From positions 1 through 13,239 of the forward strand of contig NW_021826178.1 of NCBI RefSeq assembly GCF_006345805.1: a stretch of DNA of 13,239 nucleotides. Direction: 5' to 3'. The notes under the pieces are model-generated. The model searched no databases and was not told where the DNA came from. It worked only from the letters and a program-made list of their open reading frames with translations. The position numbers and the translations under genes are program-made. The DNA is from Octopus sinensis (lineage: Eukaryota). Shown here piece by piece: positions 1 to 8,010 of the stretch; the stretch's first letter is position 1, and every line of letters starts with the position of its first letter.

Positions 1-203
1 CTGTCTAGAGGACGCAACTCGACCTTTTTATCGCCCAAAGGGACAGCTAGGAACATCGTATACACAGAAGTATTCGAGTGAAGAGAAGATATTGCAACCT
101 ACACATGCACCTTCGTTCCCAAGAGGGAAAGGACTAGATTGAGACTAGTCGTTGCCTACTAGGGGCTCTTACATATCCGGGCAATGCCGGGCTATGCTGC
201 TAG
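1..203 (+). mobile_element. Helitron 3' end: C-terminus of RepHel (Pif1-like helicase), subterminal hairpin and CTAG terminus
   Basis: Frame 1, 1-81, reads LSRGRNSTFLSPKGTARNIVYTEVFE*. This matches the LSR end of helicase motif VI and the N-x-V-Y-x-E-V C-terminus typical of Helitron RepHel. A GC-rich hairpin CCGGGCAATGCCGGG (177-191) lies 8 nt before CTAG (200-203), followed by T (expected A|T target). Confidence 0.85.
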
Positions 204-640
204 TATTATATAAAAGAAATGTGACAGAGAGCTGTTTCAGGCAGAATTCTTCATGGAATGGACAAGATGTATTTATTATCATGGCCCCAGCACTATAAAT
301 GTTACTGTCTATCATATGAACCTCTCTTCTACCCAGTATCATTGTTAATTCAGAATAATATCTCCTGTCTTGAATAGATCATTTCTCCTTCAAATTTTGA
401 CGACCGTGTTTGTATGGCCAACATTCGAGATGGATCACCTTCTCTACCATGGAGAGGTCGTGCCTTTGAGGACGGAAGGGGACGGAATAGAGAATAGTGT
501 TTGTTACATAATAATATAACTAAGGGTTACCATTGTGACTGGATCAGGAAATGGTAATGGAGGATGGGGTTGGTAGGTGAGAATTGCGATATAAACAATG
601 TCTGTTTCTGTCTGTCTTTCTCTGTCAGTTTGTCTATTTT

Positions 641-662
641 ACACACACACAGACGCACAAAT

Positions 663-704
<42 letters not shown>
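641..704. repeat. (CA)n microsatellite
   Basis: Direct reading; imperfect at its 5' side. Confidence 0.95.
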
Positions 705-708
<4 letters not shown>

Positions 709-731
709 TCACAAACAATGTGAAAACTTAC

Positions 732-944
732 CTGATCTAACATGGTCATGTGCTCCACCTCAGAATGAAAGTTGTTTTCTCTTTTTAACGCCAGGTGCAG
801 GCAATTATTTCCTCCATGGTCGACAGCATTTACATTCGCACCCCTGGCTATCAGCCGCTGCATTATTCCGAGGTGACCGTCCGAAACAGCTTCAAGCAAT
901 GGTGTCCTATATTCTTTGTTCACAATTTCTAAATTCACTGAATC
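732..944 (-). CDS. Ankyrin-repeat protein, internal exon 5 of window (phase 0 to 0)
   Basis: On minus: pyrimidine tract + AAG acceptor (947-945), then 71 codons DSVNLEIVNKEYRTPLLEAVSDGHLGIMQRLIARGANVNAVDHGGNNCLHLALKRENNFHSEVEHMTMLDQ, then GTAAGT donor at 731. Contains ankyrin motifs TPLLEA and NCLHLA and continues the frame of the 3871-3907 exon. Confidence 0.88.
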
Positions 945-1375
945 CTTTGTGGAGGTAAAAATGGAAAATGAAAATTTACATGAAAATCAGGGTTGATATC
1001 AATGTCATTACAGTTTTCTACTGGGTACTAGATCAAACTGATCAAATACATTTGATGTTTGTCAGTGAAATAAATCTTCCATAAGGACCTTCTATAACCT
1101 GATACATGTGTGTGTTAGAGACATGATAAACATATTAAAATGTCCTACATTTGCCCCTCACTATAGTAAGTTGTAGGGCAACAGAACTAGAGTAAACACA
1201 TGATTAGCAGATCAAGTCAAGTAAAGAAGAATTATAATTTCTAATGTCTACTTTTGATGTTGCTACATTAATAAAGGGTTCATAAAACTGCTGAGCCGGT
1301 TAGCGTCCACATGCATAAAACTAATGTGCACGCACGCACACACACATAAACATCAGTGTTACATATATAAATACA

Positions 1376-1833
1376 TATAATGAATTGGGGAAACGGAGTT
1401 CACGAGAATATGCATCACAACGACCGTTTCGACCCATCTTGCATCGGTCACTTGCGGGTGGGCTACTATACATGTTGTGTTGCATCCTCCAGTGCAGATG
1501 CATCTCATCGGGTGCCTTGTTTTAATGTAAAGATACCTCACTAAATATATTCAGTTTCACTTGACATGTTGTTGCTAGGAGCTTCTTGGATTACAACATG
1601 AGAGACAACAGCCTTCCGGCAACAACAACATTCCAAGCGAACCCGAATATATTTACAGAGGTATCTTCTTTAAAAGAAGACACCCGATGACATGCATCTG
1701 CACCGGAGGATGTATCACAACCAGTTATACAATATCCTACCTGCAAGGGACCGATGCAAGATGGATTGAAACAATCGTTGCGATGAATAAAAATTCTCAT
1801 TAACTCCATTTTCTGCTTCCCTCATTCATTATA
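1376..1833. repeat. Diverged long inverted repeat (arms ~1376-1583 and ~1610-1833, spacer ~26 nt); possibly Penelope-like pLTR-derived
   Basis: Blocks pair by eye, e.g. CCATCTTGCATCGGTC with GACCGATGCAAGATGG; CATCCTCCAGTGCAGATGCATCTCATCGGGTG with CACCCGATGACATGCATCTGCACCGGAGGATG; AAGATACCTC with GAGGTATCTT; TATAATGAAT with ATTCATTATA. The inverted repeat is directly seen; the family assignment is inference. Confidence 0.9.
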
Positions 1834-1976
1834 AACTGAACGAACACTGCAGAATACATGAAGTAGATCCAGTGTCACTTATAGCTCAACTGTGGATGAC
1901 ATGAGGTAACCGAATCAGCGAAAGATCTTTAAGTAGCATACTTCTAAATGTATACCCAAATTCCAAATATTTACAA

Positions 1977-1977
<1 letters not shown>

Positions 1978-2013
<36 letters not shown>
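1978..2013. repeat. (CA)n microsatellite at the 5' break of the LINE fragment
   Basis: Direct reading. Confidence 0.95.
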
Positions 2014-2017
<4 letters not shown>

Positions 2018-3358
2018 GGGAGGATGATGCCTTGGACGGGAAGAATTACAGAGGTATCAAACTATTAGATGAAGCAATGAAAATTACTCAGGGGGTCACA
2101 GACAAAATAATTAGGATGTGTGTTAGACCAGAAGAGATGCAATTTGGTTTTGTGCCACAGCGAAGCACCTCTGATGCTATATTCCTGGTAAGGCAGCTGC
2201 AGGAGAAGTACCTAGCCAAAGATAAACCCTTGTACATGGTATTTGTTAAACATGGAGAAAGGCTTTGATAGGATCCCTCGATCCCTTATTTGCTGGTCAC
2301 TGCAAAAACTAGGGATGGACGAATGGTTGGTGAGAGCGTTACAAGCCATGTACAGGGATGCTGTCAGTAAGGTGAGGTTTGGCATCGTGTGTAGCAATCA
2401 ATTAGGGTACAAGTAGGGGTTCATCATGGATTAGTCCTCAGCTCCTTCCTGTTTATCAGAGTCCTCCAGGCAATAACAGAGGGATTTAAGATGAACTGCT
2501 TCTAGGAGATCCCCAATGCTGATGACCTTGTTATCATAGCCGAATAACTTTCAGAACTAGGTAAATTTTATGTATATCAGTAAGGACTAGAATCAAAGGA
2601 CCCTAAACTTAGTCTAACAAAAACCAGTCTTAGTAAGTAGGAAAGCGGACAATTCACAAATCCCCTTAGGAAGATGGCACTGTTCGATCTGTAGAAAAAG
2701 CGTAGGTAGGAAGTTCATAAGATGTACCCAGTGTAAGGTATGGACACATAAGTGTTGCAGCAATATCAGAGGAAGGTTAACAGGGATAATAGTTTTTCTG
2801 TGTGGAAGGTGCACAGGTACAATAAACAGCACAAATGTAGAGAAAATAGAGCTATCAATTGCCAGGTAGGTAAGCTACTGGGAGTTGATAGTTTCCGCTA
2901 TCTAGGTGGCCACGTCAGGAGTGTGGTTGGTTGTTCTTTGAGTGTAGCTGCAAGAATAAGAATAAGACGTGCAAAGTTCAGAGTAACCTTAACTCTAATG
3001 GTAACAAAGAGCGTCTCCCTGAGATTGAAAGGCAGACGTTATGATGCCTGTGTGTAAACAACTATGTTACATGTCAGTGAAACATGGGATGTGACCTCTC
3101 TGAGGACTTCCATAGGCTTGAAAGAAATGAAGCCAGAATGCCTCGCTGGATGTACAATGTCAGTGTGCATGTACGACAGAGTATAGGAGTCTTGAGAGAA
3201 AAGATGAGCATTGAAGACATCAAATAGGGTGTGCAAGAGAGACGTCTGCGTTGGTATGGTCTTGCGATGTGTATGGACATGGACAACTGTGTAAAAAGTG
3301 CCGATCTCTAACTGTGGAAGGATCCTTTGGTAAATGAAAACTGAAAGAAGCTTCATAA
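2014..3358 (+). mobile_element. Decayed, 5'-truncated non-LTR retrotransposon (RTE clade) reverse transcriptase fragment
   Basis: Motifs across shifting frames: NYRGIKLL, QFGFVPQRSTSDAIFLVRQLQEK, FDRIPR, VGVHHG..LS..LF, NADDL (YADD-derived, 2515-2529), FRYLG, SETW, RRLRWYG. Multiple stops and frameshifts. Antisense to the host gene. End coordinate approximate. Confidence 0.9.
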
Positions 3359-3361
3359 CAG

Positions 3362-3406
3362 GTGTGTGTCTATGTGTGTGCCTATGTATATGTGTATGAG
3401 TTAGTG

Positions 3407-3437
<31 letters not shown>

Positions 3438-3452
3438 TGTGTGTGTGTGTGT
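3362..3452. repeat. (GT)n microsatellite
   Basis: Direct reading. Confidence 0.95.
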
Positions 3453-3582
3453 TGTGGTTCAGCAAAGCGGCTGAAAGGATAAGTGATATGCTTAAAATAA
3501 TAAAAGTACTGGGATGAATACAGTTGACCAAAAATTCAAGGTGATGCCCCAGCATGGCCGCAGTCAAATGCCTGAAACAATT
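3453..3582 (+). mobile_element. SINE 3' fragment (cephalopod-type)
   Basis: Core TGCCCCAGCATGGCCGCAGTCAAATGCCTGAAACAA (3545-3580) matches the reverse complement of 5388-5423 at 31/36 positions. It resembles a recurrent Octopus SINE tail (recollection, not searched). Confidence 0.7.
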
Positions 3583-3870
3583 AATATATATATATACCTG
3601 ATGTCTGTTATATTTTGGTTCATCTCATAATGATCTTGTTTCATTTGACCATTAAAGATATTATTATCAGTGGTGGAGGTCAGTTGGACTGTCAACACCG
3701 CTAATATCAACATCAACATGATCAATATACAATTCCCCACAAACACAAGGCTTTTGTAGTACATGTGATTAAATCTATTCCCATTATTTCACTGGTACAT
3801 TGGTAATATTTATATTATACAGATCAATAAGATACTGGAGAGTGTATATAATATGTATTTATTAACTAAC

Positions 3871-3907
3871 CTGGTTCAGCAATAGACACACCACTTGGTA
3901 CTCTCGC
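3871..3907 (-). CDS. Ankyrin-repeat protein, 37-nt micro-exon, exon 4 of window (phase 2 to 0)
   Basis: On minus: TTACTTTCAG acceptor, G + REYQVVCLLLNQ, then GTTAGT donor at 3870. Supplies the second helix of an ankyrin repeat and is required to reconcile the phases of the flanking exons. Confidence 0.85.
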
Positions 3908-4149
3908 CTGAAAGTAATGGATGAGGAAAGAAAAACATGAAAAAAAACCAAACATCACAGAGCTTGAGATAATAGTTATTAGGTCATTAAAGAAAACAAA
4001 TGTAATTAGGTCACAATAACTTAATTACAGCAATTATTACACACATACTCACACACACACATATATTTATTCAATACACATTCTACACAGTAGAACAATG
4101 ATATATACACACCTGAGTAAACCCAGAAATGTAAAGACAGGAAAAATAC

Positions 4150-4345
4150 TGCTAAGAATTTTGACAGCTTATATAAACATGAAATTTAGGAAGGAAAGAA
4201 GGGCTACAGGTAATCATTTGAACCTCAGTACATGACTGGTATTGTATTTTATCAACCTTGCAAAGATGGAAGGAGAAGTTGACCGTGGCAGGATTTGAAC
4301 TCTGAACGTAAAGAGTCGTAAATAAAATAACACAATATATTTTCT
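4150..4345 (-). mobile_element. tRNA-derived SINE fragment with Pol III B-box
   Basis: Minus strand has B-box GTTCAAATCC (4300-4291) followed by GGTCAACTTCTCCTTCCATCTTTGCAAGGTTGATAAAATACAATACCAGT, a degenerate version of a common SINE central domain. Boundaries approximate. Confidence 0.7.
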
Positions 4346-4399
4346 TCAAAAGTAATAAGAAACAAGAACAGGAGAAAAGTAGGAAGACAGTTTATTAAA

Positions 4400-4510
4400 G
4401 GAACCCCTGGGTATTACTGGTACAGATTATATTGACCCCAAAGTGATAGTAAATATTCTGGTAGGATTTGAACATGGAACATAAAAGGGACAAATGTAAA
4501 TACTGTAAGG
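4400..4510 (-). mobile_element. Second, more degraded tRNA-derived SINE fragment
   Basis: Same GGATTTGAAC (4464-4473), preceded on + by ACTGGTA...TATTGACCCC, colinear with the 4150-4345 copy. Confidence 0.5.
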
Positions 4511-4876
4511 GGATGATTCTGTATTTAGCCCAGGGTCGGAGTAAATAGAGAAACTACAAAGGAGAGAGAGTGAGGAAGAAAAAGAGAAAGAGAGAGAAAG
4601 TAGTTCTAGATGGGATGAAAGGAAGAAGAGAGAGGATTTGAACCTGTGACGTTGAGGAAATGGAGAACGAGATGAAGTAAAGAGTCCAGTCAGGCAACAA
4701 CAATAACAATTATGGTGATGATTAATTAATAAAGTAGATTACAGTGCGAAAGAGAGAAGGAAGACAATGACCCCATGGTGGGATTATGACATGAATGACT
4801 GAATGAAAAAGAAACAAACATTATTGAAAACATAAAAGAAACAGATTTGGATATTCCAGATCCAATGGGGACTTAC

Positions 4877-5031
4877 CGCTGAACTGCCACATGCAGTGGT
4901 GTGTCACCTTTGTTGTTCACGACATTGGCATCGATGCCATTGTGACCCAACAACAGCTCGGCAGTGTGCAAGTTTCCCTTATAACAGGCCCGGTGCAGCG
5001 GTGTTTGACCATCTTCATCTCGAGGATTAAC
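4877..5031 (-). CDS. Ankyrin-repeat protein, internal exon 3 of window (phase 0 to 2); not in the ORF track
   Basis: On minus: TTCTTTTCTTCATCAG acceptor, VNPRDEDGQTPLHRACYKGNLHTAELLLGHNGIDANVVNNKGDTPLHVAVQ + CG, then GTAAGT donor at 4876. Two canonical TPLH motifs. Confidence 0.93.
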
Positions 5032-5195
5032 CTGATGAAGAAAAGAATAAAAACATTAAAAATGGTGTCTGAAAGGGGAGTCGGGTGGTGAAGAATTAAA
5101 AGAAAAACTCACAGAAAAAGAGAAGAGAAGGAATGAAAATAATTAAACAGGTGGAATGATTGGGGTGGGGAGTAGGTAATGCAGATTTCTATTGT

Positions 5196-5355
5196 ATATA
5201 CACACACGTGTATACACACATACATATGTGCATATAAATATATTTATACACACACACACACTCATATATATAGGATGAATAACTCAATAAATAAACACAT
5301 AGAGCAGCAAAATGTGTGTGTGTGTATATGTGTGTGTTCGTGTGTGTGTGTGTGT
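5196..5355. repeat. Compound (CA)/(TA)/(GT) microsatellites
   Basis: Direct reading. Confidence 0.85.
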
Positions 5356-5365
5356 TCATAATTAC

Positions 5366-5545
5366 ATTTATTCTTTTATTCCTTCATTTGTTTCAGTCAT
5401 GTGAATGTGGCCATGCTGGAGCACTATCGTTAGTCGAGCAAATCGATCCCAGGAAGCCTAGTACTTATTTTATCGGTTTCTTTTGCAGAACCGCTAGGTT
5501 ACGGGACGTAAACATCGGTTGTCAAGCGATGTTGGGGGACAAACT
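5366..5545 (-). mobile_element. SINE 3' fragment, same family as 3453-3582, opposite orientation
   Basis: Reverse complement reads GTGCTCCAGCATGGCCACATTCACATGACTGAAACAAATGAAGGAATAAAAGAATAAA with an A-rich tail; homologous to 3545-3580. Confidence 0.72.
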
Positions 5546-5587
5546 CAGGCACACAAACACACGCACGTACACACAGACACTCACCCC

Positions 5588-5588
<1 letters not shown>

Positions 5589-5660
<72 letters not shown>
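5589..5660. repeat. (TA)n microsatellite, containing the mariner TA target
   Basis: Direct reading; the mariner TIR begins immediately after TA at 5659-5660. Confidence 0.95.
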
Positions 5661-6669
5661 CGAGGGGCGTTCAATAAGTAATGCCCCTGACCCACTTCCC
5701 ATAGCAGTAGATCAACGAAACTTGGCACAGTTATTAGTCTTTTTCTACATAGGAACCACCCATAGTTACGCATTTCTCCCATCGTTTGATGCGGCTCTGG
5801 AGACCGTTTTTGTAGAAGAACCCAGCTTGGTCCTCCAACCTCAACGTGACTTCAGAAATCAAGGCTGCATCATCTGGGAAACGCTTTCCTTTCAAAAACA
5901 ACTTCATGATTGGGAAGAGGTGAAAATCAGAGGGTGCAAGGTCAGGAAAGTAGGGGGTGGGGGGAGGAGTTCATAGCCATACGCCTGTGCTTCTGATCTG
6001 GCGACAAGCGAGTTGTGGACCGGAGCGTTGTCCTGCAGGAGGAGGATGCCTTTGCTGATCTTGCCCCGCCTCTTGATTTTGATAACTTCTCTTAATTTCC
6101 TCAAAAGTGAAGCATAATAGGCTCCTGCAATTGTGGTACCCTTTGCCAGGAAATCTGTCATCACTATTCCGTCCTGGTCCCAGAAGACTGTGAGCATGAC
6201 CTTGCCAGCGGAGGGCTGCACCCTTGCCTTCTTTGGAGGAGGAGGGTCACGGTGCTTCCACTGCATTGACTGGGCTTTGGTCTCTGGATCATCGTGATGA
6301 ACCCAGGTTTCATCCTGTGTAATCAGTCTTTTGAAAAATTTTGACTCATCTTCTTGGCACATCTCCAAATTCACCCTCGAGCATTCGACGCGTTCTTGCT
6401 TCTGGAAAGGCGTGAGCAACCTGGGAATCCATCTGGCAGACACCTTTTGCATATGCAAATGGGTCATGAATGATAGTTTCCTCAGACCCGGTACTAATCT
6501 TGACCTCATGGGCTATTTGGCGAATAATTATGCGTCGATCTTCCAAAATGGCAGCCTCAACTTGACGGACAGATGCCTCATCAATGGCAGAGGGGGGCGA
6601 CCAGATCTGGGAGCTGTTTCCACAGAGTTCCGACCATGTTTGAATTCACGATGCCAGCGTTTTACAAGG
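5661..6669 (-). mobile_element. Tc1/mariner DD34D mariner element, 5'-truncated, one TIR remaining
   Basis: TA|CGAGGGGCGTTCAATAAGTAATGC terminus, similar to the CGAGGGG start of irritans-subfamily mariners such as Hsmar2. Transposase lies on minus. No second TIR was found in the window. Confidence 0.92.
5734..6668 (-). pseudogene. Mariner transposase remnant with 3 frameshifts and missing N-terminus
   Basis: Motifs KRWHREFKHGR..PRSGRP, WIPRLL (WVPHEL-like), TQDETW, QDNAPVH, YFPDLAPSD (YSPDLAPSD-like), RWEKCVTMGGSYVEKD* with TAA at 5736-5734. 34 residues separate the 2nd and 3rd catalytic D after correcting the frameshift. Confidence 0.92.
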
Positions 6670-7095
6670 GTTAATTGCAACAAATTGCTCAAAACCACAT
6701 ACCGAAAATATTAGGAATAGCAGCCAAATAGATCACTATTTCTCCTACTAAAAAAAAAGTCTCCACAAACAAACAGAATTTGTAACCCGTATATGGTAAA
6801 GAGAAAGAAAACAACGAAATCCCAGCCTATTGGATTAATTATAGACGAATCGTTTCTGGATTAGAATCGAAAGTTCAAGGAAATGAACTTTCGGTTTTAA
6901 ATCAGAAACGATTCGTCTATAATTAATCCAATAGGCTGGGATTTCGTTGTTTTCATTCTCTTTACCATATACGGGTTACAAATTCTGTTTGTTTGTGGAG
7001 ACTTTTTTTTTAGTAGGAGAAAGAGTGATCTATTTGGCTGCTATTCCTAATATTTTCGGTATGTGGTTTTGAGCAATTTGTTGCAATTAACCCTT
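6666..7095. repeat. Near-perfect fold-back palindrome: 212-bp arms (6666-6877 and 6884-7095), 6-nt loop AGGAAA
   Basis: Arms align without gaps (paired coordinates sum to 13761). I count 6 mismatches, about 97% identity. Confidence 0.97.
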
Positions 7096-7203
7096 TATTA
7101 TAATTAATATAATTCTCACCAAATATAGTCTTTTTCATACCGAAAAATCTACTAGGTGAAATTTATCAATTTTATTAAATTAATTATATTTCACCCTTTT
7201 TTG

Positions 7204-7228
7204 TACACACACACACACACACACACAC

Positions 7229-7280
<52 letters not shown>

Positions 7281-7292
7281 CATATACATATA

Positions 7293-7375
<83 letters not shown>

Positions 7376-7396
7376 CTTATTTATATGTGTATATAC

Positions 7397-7436
<40 letters not shown>

Positions 7437-7505
7437 TTTATATCTTATAGGCATATATACAGTGTACATACGGTATATATACGATTATATATACATACCT
7501 ATATA
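7204..7505. repeat. (CA)n followed by a long imperfect (TA)n microsatellite
   Basis: Direct reading. Confidence 0.95.
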
Positions 7506-7786
7506 AGTGTGCCTCGAAGGTCGGGAGAGGAGTTGAGTAAAAATTCGCAGGAGTAGATTTTGTTTCCTCGTAATTTACCGAAAGACGGATAAATTGTTAG
7601 GAAAATTTAGAGAAAATCCTTTCGGGGAAGATTTGGATTATTTCGGAATATAATATGAATGAAGAGAAACACTAACATATGCACACCACAATATACATTA
7701 TATACACATCCATACATTTTATTTGTATATATATGTATATACACACAGACATACACACACGCATACACATATATATAGTCACTAAC

Positions 7787-7940
7787 CTCAACAGCTTTCT
7801 GTTTCATTATAGCTTTCACACCATCTGTCCATTCCGGAAATGAATCTGCAGCCAAATGGAGAGGAGTACTGCAAAAATTGGTCTTCTCGTTGACATTGCT
7901 GCCCCGAGAGAGTAATAGCTCCACAGCTTGCAGTCGACGC
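7787..7940 (-). CDS. Ankyrin-repeat protein, internal exon 2 of window (phase 2 to 0)
   Basis: On minus: TCTTTTCCTCTCAG acceptor, G + RRLQAVELLLSRGSNVNEKTNFCSTPLHLAADSFPEWTDGVKAIMKQKAVE, then GTTAGT donor at 7786. The first G completes the GG|G Gly codon from the upstream exon. Confidence 0.92.
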
Positions 7941-8010
7941 CTGAGAGGAAAAGATAGAAACAATGACTAATTTACATTAAATATGAAATTATTTTGGCTT
8001 TCAGACGAAA

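Noticed and set aside
204-640. Further ankyrin exon downstream of 732
   Set aside because: I found no convincing acceptor plus ankyrin-like frame; the next exon is probably beyond the window.
584-958. 124-aa plus-strand ORF
   Set aside because: Antisense shadow of the ankyrin exon plus (CA)n; the same applies to 4891-5091, 5722-5976 and 6331-6714.
1885-1935. Third hammerhead candidate (GGATGA...CGAAAGATCTT)
   Set aside because: No CUGANGA box and no convincing stem II.
3598-3688. Possible extra minus-strand exon (CAG...AG|GTATAT, QLTSTTDNNIFNGQMKQDHYEMNQNITDI)
   Set aside because: Its phases (1 to 2) do not fit the flanking phase-0 junction, it has no pyrimidine tract and no ankyrin similarity, and the neighbouring exons join perfectly without it.
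4150-4345. tRNA gene
   Set aside because: Only a B-box is recognisable; no cloverleaf, and the context is a SINE body.
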